Source: an uncultured Chloroflexia bacterium
GTDB lineage: Bacteria > Chloroflexota > Limnocylindria > Limnocylindrales > CSP1-4
Direction of reading: 5' to 3'
NCBI GenBank assembly: GCA_963759495.1
Contig: CAVWZL010000007.1
Coordinates: 170,016 to 234,015 of the forward strand
DNA: 64,000 nucleotides
Position 1 is the first letter of the stretch; every line of letters begins with the position of its first letter. Shown one piece after another: positions 13,501 through 25,852 of this stretch. The notes beneath the pieces were generated by a model. The model was not told where the DNA came from. It worked only from the letters and a program-made list of their open reading frames with translations, and ran no database searches. The position numbers were made by a program, and so were the translations under genes.

Positions 13501-14729
13501 CCGCGCTCGGGGCGGCCGCCGCCCCGCTCCGATTGGGCCGGCTGCCCGGGAGAAACCGTCTGAGCACGATCTCGGCCGCGACGAACAGGATGATCGCGCC
13601 CTGCACGATCGTGATGATGTCGATCGGGATGTCGGTCTGCGCGCTGCATCGTGCCCTGCCCGGCGCGCAGGAATCCGAACAGCAGCGCCGCGCCGACAAC
13701 GCCGAATGGATGGGCCCGGCCGAGCAGCGCGACGGCGATGCGCGTCGAAGCCGTAGGTGATGAGGTACTCAGCCGGGTAGTTCTTGGTGATGCCGAGGAT
13801 CTCGATCGCGCCCCCGAGCCCGGCCAGCCCGCCCGAGATGGACATGGTCAGGACCGTGATCAGGGCCGGCCGGATCCCCGCGTAGCGCGCGGCATCGGGT
13901 TTGCGCCGACGGTGCGGATCTCGAAGCCCAGCGTCGTCTTGAACAGGAGGAACCAGACGAGGATGGCGACCAGGACGGCGATGACGATCCCGCCATGCAC
14001 GTTCGACGCCTGGAGGTCCGCGGGAAGGAGGTCATGCCGGCGAAGAGCGGCCCCAGCTGCGAGGCCTCGTCGACGTCCGGCGTGCGCGGGAACGTCGCGG
14101 CCGGGTCGCGGAAGGTCGTGCTGGCGAGCAGGTTCAGCCACAGGAAGGCGACGTAGTTGAGCATGATCGTGACGACCACCTCGTGCGCCCCGCGCCATGC
14201 CTTGAGGAAGCCCGGGATGAAGCCCCAGAAGGCCCCGAACAGCGCGCCGGCCAGCAGCGCCACGACAAGCGCGAGGGGGAACGGCAGGCCCAGGTAGGCG
14301 CCGCGACCGCGGCGCAGAAGGCGCCCAGGAGGAACTGGCCGTTGCGCCCCGATGTTGAACAGGCCGGCCCGGAAGCCGAATGCGACCGCCAGGCCGGCGA
14401 AGAATCAGCGGCGTCGCCGAGTTGAGGGCGTTGCCGATGCCCCGGAAGTCGAGGAGCAACCCTCCTTCGCAGCCGAAGCCGCCTTCCGCGAAGCCGTCCG
14501 CGCACAGCACCGAGCCATCGAGCAGGGCGAGGTAGGCGGTGAGCGGCAGGCTCGGGTCGAAGCCCGCCGGCGACAACGCGCCCGAGAGCCAGATCAGGAG
14601 GGCGCCCGACGAGGAGGCCGAGCAGGATCGCAAGCAGGGTGGTGCCGAGCTGGCGCCTGAGCCCACCCCCGCCGCCAGGGTGGTCGGGTCGACGCTCATG
14701 CCACCGGCGCCCTGCTCTCCCGTCATGGC
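13496..14729 (-). CDS. ABC transporter permease (BMP/nucleoside-type uptake system), frameshifted
   Basis: Fragments read [55 protein letters not shown] and [20 protein letters not shown]. Confidence 0.75.
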
Positions 14730-16245
14730 CGCTCCTCCGTTGCCTGCCCGGCATGGCCGGTCGCCATCATCAGGCCGACCTGCTCCTTCTCGGCACGTCG
14801 CGCCGTGAACCGTGGCGACGAGCCTGCCGCGGTACATGACCCCGATGCGGTCGGACAGCTCGAGGACCTCGTCGAGCTCGGCCGACACGAGCAGCACCGC
14901 CGTGCCGGCGTCGCGCTTGGCGACGATCTGCTTGTGGATGAACTCGATCGAGCCCACGTCGATGCCGCGCGTGGGCTGGTCGGCGACGAGGAACATGATC
15001 GTGCGGCTGAACTCGCGGGCCACGATGACCTTCTGCTGGTTGCCGCCCGACAGCGTTGACGCCGCGACGGTGGCCGATGGCGTCCGGATGTCGAACTCGC
15101 GGGATCGAGCTCGCTCGCCTGCCGCGCGATGCCACTCTCGTTCATGACCCCGAGGCGCGAAACGGCGCCTCGTGGTACTCGGTCAGGACCAGGTTGTCGG
15201 CGATCGGGTAGGACAGCACGAGGCCATAACCGCTGACGGTCGCCCGGGACGTACGCCACGCCCCGTTCCGACAGGTCCCGGGACGAGTGGTTCGTCACGT
15301 CATGACCGGCCAGGCTGACCTCCCGCTCTTCGCGCTTGCGCAGGCCGGTCAGCGCCTCGACGAGCTCGTTCCTGGCCGTTCCCGGCCACGCCCGCGATGC
15401 CGAAGATCTCGCCGGCCCGAACGTCGAAGCTGCAGCCATCGACGACGACCGACCCGCGATCGTCGGCGACGACCAGGTCCCTGACCTCGAGCACGACGTC
15501 ACCCGGCTTCGCGGGCGTCTTGTCGACGACGAGCGACACTTCGCGTCCGACCATCATCTCGGCCAGCTGCTCCTCCGTCGCGGTCTTCGGATCTGCCTCG
15601 CCGACCACCGGCCCCGGCGGATGACAGTGATCCGGTCGGCGAGCTCGAGCACCTCGTACAGCTTGTGGCTGATGAACACGATGCTCGTTCCCTCGTCGGC
15701 GAGCCGGCGGAGGACGGCGAAGATCTCGGTCGTCTCCTGCGGCGTCAGGACTGCCGTCGGCTCGTCGAGAATGAGGACCTTGGCCCCGCGGTAGAGGGCC
15801 TTCAGGATCTCGATCCGCTGCTGCAGCCCGACCGACAGCTCGCCGACCTTCGCATCCGGGTCGATCTCGAAGCCGAGCTGCTTGGCCAGCTCGCGGATGC
15901 GGCTTGTTGGCGGTTCCGCGGTCCAGCAGAGGACCTGTGGCCATCGTCTCGTTGCCCAGCACGATGTTCTCGGCGACCGTGAAGACCGGCACGAGCATGA
16001 AGTGCTGGTGGACCATGCCGATGCCGCGCGAGATCGCGTCGGCCGGACCCTTGAGGTCGACCGGGCTGCCGTCGATCAGGATCTCGTCCCTCGTCGGGCG
16101 ACAGGAGCCCGTAGAGGATGTTCATCAGCGTGCTCTTGCCCGCGCCGTTCTCGCCGAGCAGCGCGTGGATCTCGCCCGGCCGGACGTCGAGGTCGATCCC
16201 GTCGTTGGCGACGACACCGGGAAAGCGCTTGGTGATGCCGCGCAT
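14723..16245 (-). CDS. ABC transporter ATP-binding protein, two cassettes, frameshifted
   Basis: Fragments read [46 protein letters not shown] and [24 protein letters not shown]...[26 protein letters not shown]. The true start may lie slightly upstream of 16245. Confidence 0.85.
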
Positions 16246-16429
16246 CTCCAGCGCCGGCGCCGCCGCCCGGGCCGCAAGCGCCGGATCGATCGAGGTCCCG
16301 CCCTTGTCGCCGGCGGCAGCGATGGCGACCTCGGCGAGGTCTTCGCGTCGGGCACCTTCGTGATCGCCGCCCCTTCGGGCGTCTGCTGCGCTGGGTCGAC
16401 CGGATCGGCGGCGGTGCGTCAGCCACGGC

Positions 16430-17700
16430 GGGGTCTCCGTGCGGATGCCTTGGCGGTGAATGCCAAGCGGCGAGGCCCTGAGGGACCTCGCCGCTCGTGC
16501 TGGTGCGAAGGGAGCCGCTATCCTGCGGGGTAGCGCCGTCCACGGTCACGTTCGTGTTGATGGAGCCGTCGGCCAGACCCGCGAAGGTCTCGTCGAGCAG
16601 GGCCTTGGACGTCGGCCGGGACCTTGGCTTCGTTGTCGTGGAAGGCTGCCAGGCCGATGCCGTTCGTTGCGGCGTTGTCCGTGTGGACGCCCGGGGTGAA
16701 CTCATCCGACGCGATGCGGAGCAGCGACTGCTTGACCGCCTCGACGATGTTCTTCGTCGCGCTCGAGACGAGGCACGGCTGCGCCTCGGGCAGCGTCTCG
16801 TACTGGTCGGTGTCGACGCCGATGGCGAGACGCTTGTCCGCCGCGCAGGCCGCACAGCAGCGCGCCGTTGCCGGTCAGGCCGCCGGCCGCGAAGATGACG
16901 TCCGCACCGGCGTCGATCATCTGCTCCGCCGCCGCTGTGCCCTGCGGCGGGATCGACGAACGAGGTCGTGTAGACGAAGTCGACCGTCGATGTCGGGGTT
17001 GGTCGCCTTGCGCGCCGTTGATGTAGCCCTCGACGAAGCGCTCGACCGGCGGGACGACGACGCAGGCCGCCGACGACGCCGATGTGGTCGGACTCGGTGA
17101 TCGAGGCGGCGAGCACGCCGGCCAGGTAGCCCGCCTGGTCCTCGGCGAAGAACAGCGACTCGCCGTTCGTGGCCCAGCTCTCGTCATGCCCGGCGCCCGG
17201 GATGCCGTCGACGCTGATGAACTTGGTGTCCGGGAATTGGCCTTCGCGGCATCGCCCAGGGCGTCGCCGAGCAGGAAGCCGACGCCAATGACGATGTCAT
17301 AGCCGCTCTCGGTGAACTGCGCGATGTTGGTGGCGTAGTCGGACTGGCTGGTGGTCTCGATGTAGTCCGTCTCGAAGCAGGTCGGAGCCGCCTCCTCGGC
17401 CGCCAGCATGCCTTCGTAGGCCGACTGGTTGAAGCCCTTGTCGTTGACGCGACCGACGTCGGTCACGAGGCCAACCTTGAGCGCCGTGTCGCAGGTCGGT
17501 GCCTCGGCGGGGGCCGATGCGGCGGGTGCGGAGGCGGCGGGCTCGGACGCCATTGGCTGCGAGGCGGCGGGCTCCGATGCCATCGGCTGGGACGCCGCGG
17601 GAACGCTCGCGGACGGGCTGGTGCCGGCGTTGTTGCTACACGCGGCGACGAAGAGGGCCAACCCGGTGAACAGGGTCAGCCCGAGTGAACGGGTGCGCAT
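16430..17700 (-). CDS. BMP-family ABC transporter substrate-binding lipoprotein, frameshifted
   Basis: There is a strong SD (GGAGGAGGAAGC) before ATG 17700 and a lipobox (LALFVAAC). Fragments read [24 protein letters not shown] and [17 protein letters not shown]. The 3' end is approximate. Confidence 0.8.
17531..17590. repeat. 30-bp tandem repeat x2 (4 mismatches) inside the lipoprotein linker
   Basis: The two units are gaggcggcgggctcggacgccattggctgc and gaggcggcgggctccgatgccatcggctgg. Together they encode the repeated linker peptide ([10 protein letters not shown])x2. Confidence 0.8.
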
Positions 17701-17923
17701 GCTTCCTCCTCCAGCATCGTGCTCATCAGGTGCCGGTCCTCATGGACCCGGGGGATGTGCTCACGATGGAACGTTCGACCCGCCCTGCGGGTCGATAGTC
17801 GCGCGCATCCTACCGGCGTGGCGTGACCCGGGCAAGTAACGACGGGTCCGACGGCGTGGACATGCGCCGGTCGAGGATACGGCCTCCGGTGCGCCTCTGC
17901 GTGCCGACTTCGAGCCGCCCGAC

Positions 17924-18303
17924 TCAGCGAGACCCCCGCTGGAGCTCCCGCAGCCGGGCGTCGTCGATCCCGAAGTGGTGCGCAATCTCGTGCCGGACGG
18001 TGTCGGCGACGGCCTCCGCGAGCTGCGCCGGGGTCCGGTGCGCCCGTTCGAGCGGGCCGCGGAAGATCGTGATCTTGCTCGGGACCGGAGCGGCGTCGGC
18101 GCCCCAGCGGGTACGCGGCACGCCCTGGTACAGGCCATAGAGCCCGTGCGCGTTCACCGAGACCAGCTGGTCGCGGCTCGGCTCGTCCTCGACGACGATC
18201 GCGACGCCGTCGAGTCTGTCGCGGAAGGCCTCGGGCAGGTCGTCGATGGCGCGCAGGATCAGCGCGTCGAACGCATCGTCATCGAGGGGCTCGGCATCGG
18301 TCA
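17924..18303 (-). CDS. small zinc metallopeptidase-family protein (HExxH)
   Basis: Intact ORF starting at [15 protein letters not shown] and carrying a C-terminal [10 protein letters not shown] zinc-binding motif. The upstream part of track ORF 17924-18556 is ignored. Confidence 0.7.
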
Positions 18304-18554
18304 TGCGCTGATTGTCAGCCGAATCCGCCAAGGGGGCCAGGTCGGGTCGTTCGCGTGGCGAGCAGTACGACGGCTGGTGCTTCGCTCCGGTCCATTGGGC
18401 GAGCGGCCTGGCGGTTCGACGCGACAAGTCGCTCGCCGGGTGAACCGTTCCATGCCTCACGGCGCGCCCGACCGCGCTACCGCTCGCTGGACGAACGCGG
18501 CCCACGCGGACGGCCTCTGCGGGTCCGTGCGGCGGCCGTTCGGCGCCCGTCGCC

Positions 18555-21500
18555 ATGACCCCGACTCGACCACGGGGCTACCATTGGCCCTCCGTGACGA
18601 CCCTCGCACCGAACGACTTCACCCACCTCCACGTCCACTCCGAGTTCAGCCTGCTCGACGGGCTCGGCCGGATCACCGAGCTGGTCGACGGCGGCCGAAG
18701 CAGGGCTTCGACTCGCTCGCGCTGACCGACCACGGCGCGCTCTACGGCGCGGTCGCGTTCTACCAGGCGTGCCGGAACAAGGGCATCAAGCCGATCATCG
18801 GCGTGGAGACCTACGTCGCCCGTCGCGTCGATGGCCGACCGGGAGGGCAAGGCCGACGCCCAGCCCTACCACCTCATCCTGCTGGCCAAGGACTGGACCG
18901 GCTACCAGAACCTGTGCCGCCTCGTCACCGACGCGCACATCGACGGCTACTACTACAAGCCGCGCATCGATCGCGAGTACCTGGCCCAGCACAGCGAGGG
19001 GCTCGTCGGCCTGTCCGCGTGCCTCAACGGCGAGGTCGCCAAGGCGCTCGAGGTCGACGACTGGGAGCTCGCCCGGCAGCTCGCCGGCGCGTACGGCGAC
19101 ATCTTCGGCAAGGGCAACTTCTTCCTCGAGCTCCAGGACCACGGGATGCCCGAGCAGCGCCGGCTCAACGAGCAGCTTCTGCGGCTCGCCCCCGAGGTCG
19201 GCCTTCCGCTCGTCGTGACGAACGACCTGCACTACGTCCGGCGCGAGCAGTCCGAGGCGCACGACGTGCTGCTGTGCGTCGGCACCGGCAACAACCTCGA
19301 TACGCCGGGCCGGATGCGCTTCGAGATCCGCCGACTTCTACCTGAAGACCGCGGCCGAGATGGCGGCGCTCTTCCCGGACCAGCTCGAGGCGATCCGCAA
19401 CACCCGGCGCATCGCCGAGATGGTCGATCTGAGCTGCCGCTCGGCCAGCTGCGGATCCCGCACTTCCCGGTGCCCGGACGGCGAGACCGTCGAGAGCTGG
19501 CTGCGCAAGGAGTGCGAGCGCGGGCTCGAGCGCCGCTACGGCACGGTCACCCCGGAGCTCCAGACGCGGCTCGACTACGAGCTCGGCGTGATCATCTCGA
19601 TGGGCTACGCGGGCTACTTCCTGATCGTGGCCGACTTCGTCCGGTTCGCCCGCGAGCAGGGGATCGCGACGACATGCCGCGGTTCGGCGCCCGGCTCGAT
19701 CGTGACCTACACGCTGGGCATCACGCCGGTCGACCCGATCCTCTACGAGCTGCCGTTCGAGCGCTTCCTCAACCCCGACCGCGTGACGATGCCCGACATC
19801 GACGTCGACTTCGAGGACGCCCGGCGGGACGAGGTCATCGCCTACGTCGGTCGCAAGTACGGCCAGGACCACGTCGCCCAGATCATCACCTTCGGCACGA
19901 TGCTGGCCCGGGCCGCGATCCGCGACGTCGGCCGCGTGCTCGGGCACAGCTACGGCGAGGTGGACCGCATCGCCAAGGCCGTCCCGAACCAGCTCGGCAT
20001 CAGGCTCGAGGAGGCGCTCGACGAGCGCGCCGCAGCTGCGCGAGATGTGCGACGCGCGACCCAGCGGTCAAGCGCGTGCTCGACTTCGCCCAGCAGCTCG
20101 AGGGCGTGGCGCGCAACGCCTCGACGCATGCGGCCGGGGTCGTGATCAGCCGCGAGCCGCTGACCGAGCTGATGCCGCTCCAGAAGGCCACCAACTCGGA
20201 TGCGCTCATGACCCAGTACGAGATGCACGCCGTCGAGGCGCTGGGCCTGCTCAAGTTCGACTTCCTCGGGCCTCTCGAACCTCACGATCCTGCGCCAGGC
20301 CGTCGACCTCGTGCGCGACGAACCGCGGCGTCGAGATCGACCTCGACACGATCCCGCTCGACGACGCGCAAGACCTTCGAGCTGCTGGCCTCGGGCGAGA
20401 CGACCGGCATCTTCCAGCTCGAGTCGGCGGGCATGCGCCGCTACATCCGCGAGCTCCGGCCGACGTCGGTGTACGACCTGGCGGCGATGGTCGCGCTCTA
20501 CCGGCCCGGGCCCGATGGACAACATCCCGGCCTACATCCGGCGCAAGCACGGCCAGGAGCAGGTGACGTACCTCCACCCGCTGCTCGAGCCGTACCTCAA
20601 GAAGACGTACGGGATCTTCGTCTACCAGGAGGACATCATGGCCGCCGCGATCGCGCTCGGCGGCTTCACCGGCCCCGAGGCCGACACGCTCGGCTACGCG
20701 ATCCGCAAGAAGAAGTCGTCCGTGCTGCGCGCCCAGAAGGAGAAGTTCGTCACCCAGGCCGCCGAGCGCGGCGTCGAGCCGCGGCGTCATCGACGCGGTC
20801 TTCAAGGCGTTCGAGCCGTTCGAGCGCTACGGCTTCAACAAGGCCCACGCCACCTGCTACGGCCTGATCGCCTACCAGACGGCGTACCTCAAGGCGAACT
20901 ACACGGTCGAGTACATGACGAGCGTGCTGACCGCGTTCCGGACCAACGAGGAGAAGGTCGCCGCGGCCATCGCCGAGTGCCGCCGGCTCGGGCATCGAGG
21001 TCCTGCCGCCCGACGTGCATCGCAGCGACCTCGAGTTCACGGTCGAGGGCGACGCGATCCGGTTCGGGCTGCTCGCGGTCAAGAACGTCGGCCAGGGCGC
21101 GATCGAATCGATCATCGCGGCGCGCGGTGAGGGCGGCCCGTTCAGGTCGCTGGCCGACTTCTGCTCGCGGATCGACCTGCGCCTCGCCAACCGGAAGGTG
21201 CTCGAGTCGCTGATCCAGGTCGGGGCGCTCAACGGCGTTCGGGCATCCGGCGCAGCTGCTGCTCGGGCTCGACGACGCCGTCGGCGGCGGGTCAGGCCAC
21301 GCAGCGCGACCGGATCAGCGGCCAGACGTCGCTGTTCGACATGGCGCGCCGACGACGCGGTCGTCCTCGAGCGGCCGCTGCCGCCGACCACCGAGGTGCC
21401 GGTCCGCGAGCGGCTGCGCTGGGAGAAGGAGCTGCTCGGGCTGTACCTGTCGGAGCACCCGATGGGCGAGGTGGCCGAGCAGGTCGGCGAGTTCGTCAAC

Positions 21501-22421
21501 GCCTACTCGAGCGATCTCAAGGACGAGGCGCTCGACGGGCAGCGGGTCGTCGTCGGCGGCATCGTGACCGGGCATCCGCACGGTCATCACGAAGCGCCAG
21601 GCGACGATGGCGTCGCGACGCTCGAGGACCTGCAGGGGACGCATCGAGGTCGTCGTCTTCCCGCGGCTGTACGAGCAGACGCGACCACGTGGGCGGAGGG
21701 CGCGATCCTGCTGGTCGCCGGTCGCGTCGACCACAAGGGCGAGGAGGTCTCGCTGCTGGCCGACCTCGTCGAGCGACTGGGACGAGGCCGTCGCACGCGG
21801 GCCGGAGGCGTTCGCCCGCGAGGTTGCGGCGGGCGACCGGAGCGGCGGACGGCGACGGCCGAACGGGCAGGGGAGCAACGGCAACGGGACGGCCACGGGC
21901 CGTCGAACGGGCACGGTGCCCGACTGGACGACCGCGATCGTGGCCCCGTCCGCGCCGCCGCCCGTCATGGTGTCACCCATCCGCGGCGATGGGGAAAGCG
22001 GCCCCGCGCCGTTCCCGGTCATTGCCCCGCCCGAGCCGGTCCCGACGTACATCGGTCCGCCGACGCCGGCGCCGCTCGATGACGACCGGGACAGCGAGCC
22101 GGCCGTGCCCGACGAGGCGCGGGACCGGATCCTCGGGGCGTCGGACGCGAGCACGCCCACCGATGCGCGCGCCGGTGCCATCCTCCACGTCCGCTTCGCC
22201 GTCACGCCGCGCCGGAGCGGCTCGTGAGCGCGATGGAAGCGTTCAAGGGCCTGCTCCGGGACCGCCCAGGCGCCACCCGGGTCGTGATCCACGTTCCGGG
22301 CTCGTCCGGTGGCGAGGCGCTGCCGATGGAGCTGCGGCGTGGCGTCGCCTACGACGCGGATCTGCTGGCCGAGGTCAGTCGCCGGCTGGGCGAGGGCGTG
22401 GTCGACCTCCAGCTCGCCTGA
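18555..22421 (+). CDS. dnaE: DNA polymerase III alpha subunit DnaE (many frameshifts as assembled)
   Basis: Fragments read [13 protein letters not shown] (PHP domain), [53 protein letters not shown] and [14 protein letters not shown], plus an OB-fold region. ORF 22224-22421 is treated as the C-terminal tail, which is uncertain. Confidence 0.9.
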
Positions 22422-22433
22422 ACGATGCGCTCG

Positions 22434-23018
22434 TCAGCGGGCGCTCGAGCCGCCGGCCTGATCCGCGACGCGTCGGACGGCCTGGACCGATGACGGAGCT
22501 CGTGGAAGCGGCTCCGAACGTCGTTGACGGTGTCCTGGTCGATCTCGAGCTCGCGCGCGATCTGGTTGATCACGCCGGCCTCCTCGGCCGAGATCGTGCC
22601 GTTCTCCGCACCGATCGCGAAGCAGGCGCGCAGGATGTCGACCCGCTGCTCCGGCGTCGCGAGCGCCTTGAACTCGCGGGTCACCACGAAGTCCTCGGTG
22701 TCACCGACGGTCCGTGCCTGCAGCTTGGCCATCTCGATGACGATCACCGAGCTCGCCTCATCGAGCAGCCCGTGCTCCTGGAGGGCCTCCTCCATGACCC
22801 GGGTCTCGTCCTCGCTGATCGCCAGGTCGGCGTGCGCGGCGCGCGCGAGGATGTACGCCGACGAGGCGGCCAGTCGCGCCTTCTCGGGCGGCAGACTGCT
22901 CGAGACGCGAGACGATCCGGCGGACGGTCGCGGTCTCGCCATCGGCGGCGCGTTCGAGCGCGCGCTCGGTCTGGTCGGCGGCCTCCTCGTGCGAGGGGCC
23001 GAAGATCCGGCGGAACAT
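22434..23018 (-). CDS. TerB-like (tellurite-resistance TerB family) protein, 1 frameshift; 3' end uncertain
   Basis: An SD (AAGGAG) precedes ATG 23018. The peptide reads ADLAISEDETRVMEEAL...ILRACFAIGAENGTISAEEAGVINQIARELEID. The family call is from memory of TerB-like sequences. Confidence 0.55.
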
Positions 23019-23033
23019 GTCTGACTCCTTCGG

Positions 23034-23510
23034 TTACCAGCGTTCGAATGCGGGATGGTCCGGCCCGACGGCCACGAAAAGGCCCCGAGCCGTGGCGGTG
23101 ACCACGTCCCCCGACTCTAGCCGTCCTTCGACGGTGACGCGGTCGCCGTCGGTGTCGGTCACTCGAGCGACCAGTCTCACCGGCTGATCGGTGGGTGTCG
23201 GGCGGCGCAGGCGGATTGCGTATTCGGCGGTCACGCAGCCCGGCGGCCCGGGAAGCCCGCGCTCCCGCATGAGGTGCATGGCCGCGGTCCAGTTGAGGTG
23301 GCAGTCGAGCAGCGTCCCGATGACGCCACCGTTGAGCACGCCCTCGAACGCGGCGTGATGCGGCTCCGGCTGCCAGGTCGCGACGAGCTGGCCCGGGACC
23401 GCCGGATCGTCGTGACTCTCGATCCGCATGCCCCGCTCGTTGGCCGGCCCGCACCCGAAGCACGTCGAGCCCGCGCTGTAGCGGACCTGGAGCGAGGGTT
23501 CGGATGTCAC
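23034..23510 (-). CDS. PaaI/hotdog-fold thioesterase family protein
   Basis: Intact ORF reading CFGCGPANERGMRIE...FEGVLNGGVIGTLLDCH. The GTG start at 23510 overlaps the upstream stop (GTGA). Confidence 0.75.
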   Translation of the reverse strand: MTSEPSLQVRYSAGSTCFGCGPANERGMRIESHDDPAVPGQLVATWQPEPHHAAFEGVLNGGVIGTLLDCHLNWTAAMHLMRERGLPGPPGCVTAEYAIRLRRPTPTDQPVRLVARVTDTDGDRVTVEGRLESGDVVTATARGLFVAVGPDHPAFERW

Positions 23511-23959
23511 CGACGAAGGACGCCCGGGATATCGGGCTCGGGGCCGCGCCACAGGTCGAGCTCCTCGGTGGCGAAGCGGCCGTAGTAGTTCGTGAAGTGG
23601 CCGCCGTGCTTGCGCAGGATCTCGTGCGCGCGCTTCTTCTCCGCGTCGCTCTTCGCCCCGACGGCCAGGACCGTCCGTCCGTCACGCAGCGCCTGCTCGT
23701 ACAGCACGAAATCGGGCAGCTGGTCCATCACGGTGAACTCGGTCAGCCGGCGAAGGCGGCCCCGAAGCCCGCGGACGCCGCCCATGCCGTCCATCCGGTC
23801 GGCCGATTCGGGCCCGTACAGCCGGATGATGGCGTCGCTGGAGACGCCCGCGGTCGTCAGGTCCGTGATGGCGGCCTCGGCTACTCGCCCGTCGTCGATG
23901 ACTGTGAGGACCTGTCGACTCGGGTACCCGATGAACGGCTTGCTGGGTGAGGGCGGCAT
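23507..23959 (-). CDS. hypothetical protein
   Basis: Intact ORF. The ATG at 23959 is preceded by TACGGT plus 6 nt, a leaderless-type arrangement. I recognise no family. Confidence 0.55.
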   Translation of the reverse strand: MPPSPSKPFIGYPSRQVLTVIDDGRVAEAAITDLTTAGVSSDAIIRLYGPESADRMDGMGGVRGLRGRLRRLTEFTVMDQLPDFVLYEQALRDGRTVLAVGAKSDAEKKRAHEILRKHGGHFTNYYGRFATEELDLWRGPEPDIPGVLRR

Positions 23960-23965
23960 GCCGAG

Positions 23966-23971
23966 ACCGTA
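23966..23971 (-). promoter_or_regulatory. -10-like hexamer TACGGT, 6 nt upstream of ATG 23959
   Basis: The minus strand reads cTACGGTctcggcATG. Confidence 0.4.
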
Positions 23972-24618
23972 GCAGGAACGCCTCGGCTGACTCGACCCAC
24001 AGAAACCACGTGAACCCAGCGACAACGACAATCAGGGCAGCGAAGCTCATGACCAGGAGGCCGATCATCGTCAGATCTCCGAGAAGTCTTCTCACGGCCC
24101 AACCGTAGCGCCGCCTCGAAGCTCGGGGCCGGCGCCGGGTCAATTCTTGTCAGGTGCCCATGCCACGGGCGTTCGGCAGCGAGTACGCGCCACATGCACC
24201 CGGGGCGCCACATGTGTCATCGAATTGCCAGCGTTGGCAGCGGCACCGCGCACGAGCGCACGTCGGTCGTCACTGCGGGCCGCGACGAGTGCCCGCCAGA
24301 TGGGCGTTTGGCGAGATTTGTCGATCGAGGCCGCGGCCGTTGACGTCGCGTCCCATGGATGCACACTCCCCTCAACCGACCGCGAGGGGTGCCATGCAGG
24401 ATCGAGCCCGGATGCACGCCGTCATGGTGATGGGCGTCCTGCACCTCGCCCCGGGTCTCGGAGAGTGTCAGCTGCGGGCGGAGCCGCCGTCGCGGCGGTC
24501 ACCTGGCTCGTCGTCGCGGGGCTCGTGCTGACGGCGGCCTCTTTCCGTCAGCTTCCCCGAACGCCGGGCGCCCGTGGACCGACATAGGGTGGAGGCTCGC
24601 GCATCCTGGGCCAACCGC

Positions 24619-25410
24619 ATGTTCAGCCTGGTCATCGGCGGCGCCATGGCGGCAGGCTGCGCCGCGGACCCGGCTCCATCGGTGTTGGAGGAGCACATGC
24701 CGATGCCGGCAAGCATCAGGGTGACGGCCGACCCGGCTGCCCCGGCCTTCCCGGTTCGACTCGACGTCCTAACCCTGCCCGACGGCGAGCAGCTTCGGAC
24801 GCACACCTTCGAGCCCGGTGCCGAGATCCATGGCGCCATCCCGCTCTCGGCCGACCCGTACCGGCTTGTTGCGATGGAGGGCGGTTGCTCGATCGATCTC
24901 ATGCTTCGGCCGGAGCACGAGACTGACGTGGTGATCGCCGTTGACGAAGCAGGGGCATGCAGGTTCGGCGTGGCGCGGGAACACCCCTACCAGGGACCAA
25001 TCCGGCACGAGGAGCCGAGCGTCTTGATCGCGGCCCAGGAGCTCCCCACGGTCGAACAGCTCCGCGTCCCACGCTCGCCGCGAGCGGCCCGGGCAGACGT
25101 TGACGCCCCGCACCACGAACTGCCCCGAACCACGCCCGACAGCCCAAAAATCCCTTCCAGCACCCGTATCCGACTCGTACGATCTGGTCACGCATCAGGC
25201 CAGCGGGGGTCCTGTTCCTCGATGCCTCCCAGTCATGTTGGAGGTGGAACCAGTGGATCATCTCGCTCACGTCAGGGTCCGTCCCCAGGGTCGCGGGTCG
25301 TTTCTGACGCTGGTCGTCGCGATGGCGACAGTCGTCGCCGTGCTTGCGCTCGCGTCGGCGCGCCCGGTCTTCGCGGATCACACGATCAACCTTGGCGCTT
25401 CGGGCACTGA
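24619..25410 (+). CDS. putative lipoprotein (C-terminal end doubtful)
   Basis: MFSLVIGGAMAAGC is a lipobox-like signal. The first ~150 codons look coding. The last ~100 codons are Arg/Ser/Gly-rich and overlap the next gene, so the real stop is probably earlier (an undetected indel). Confidence 0.35.
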   Translation: MFSLVIGGAMAAGCAADPAPSVLEEHMPMPASIRVTADPAAPAFPVRLDVLTLPDGEQLRTHTFEPGAEIHGAIPLSADPYRLVAMEGGCSIDLMLRPEHETDVVIAVDEAGACRFGVAREHPYQGPIRHEEPSVLIAAQELPTVEQLRVPRSPRAARADVDAPHHELPRTTPDSPKIPSSTRIRLVRSGHASGQRGSCSSMPPSHVGGGTSGSSRSRQGPSPGSRVVSDAGRRDGDSRRRACARVGAPGLRGSHDQPWRFGH

Positions 25411-25729
25411 TCAGTCCAGGCTCTGCACCGGAGACTATTTCAAGATCGAAGACGCGGGCGTGCTCGAGGCAGGCACCCACGCCTACACCGGGACGACCCG
25501 GGACGGGGCGACCTTCACTGCCGTGCTGACCGTCGTCCTCGATGGGGATGATGAGGTCGACTCGATCGTCGTCGTCAGCCTCGTTCCGTCCACGGCGCTG
25601 ATCGTCTTCAAGGCCGGAAGGGTCTTTGGCTCGACAGATGGCGCGGTCATCTCGCCGGCCAGCGGTAAGGCCATCTCGAACGTCGCATTCTGCCTCGAGG
25701 TGGAAACGCCGACGCCGACCTCGACCTAG
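25235..25729 (+). CDS. secreted hypothetical protein
   Basis: The signal peptide is FLTLVVAMATVVAVLALASARPVFA/DHT. The start could alternatively be GTG 25253, after GGAGG. A strong hairpin follows the gene. Confidence 0.5.
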   Translation: MLEVEPVDHLAHVRVRPQGRGSFLTLVVAMATVVAVLALASARPVFADHTINLGASGTDQSRLCTGDYFKIEDAGVLEAGTHAYTGTTRDGATFTAVLTVVLDGDDEVDSIVVVSLVPSTALIVFKAGRVFGSTDGAVISPASGKAISNVAFCLEVETPTPTST

Positions 25730-25753
25730 GCACCGGTCGCTCCGCGACCAATC

Positions 25754-25783
25754 GACGGGGAGCTGGACAGCCGGCTCCCCGTC
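25754..25783. terminator. GC-rich hairpin (about 13 bp stem, 4-nt loop) followed by CTCGTGTTTC; possible bidirectional terminator
   Basis: The hairpin is gacggggagctgg-acag-ccggctccccgtc. It lies between the secreted-protein gene (+) and the 3' end of tRNA-Leu (-). Confidence 0.45.
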
Positions 25784-25852
25784 CTCGTGTTTCAGGGCCG
25801 GGCACCGCGAGCTCGTCGCGATCGTGTCGCATCCGCCAATGACGCGATCGTC

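Noticed and set aside
22224-22421. ORF 22224-22421 as an independent 65-aa gene.
   Set aside because: It directly continues the DnaE C-terminal region after one more frame change and has no start signals of its own. It is merged into dnaE, although this remains uncertain.
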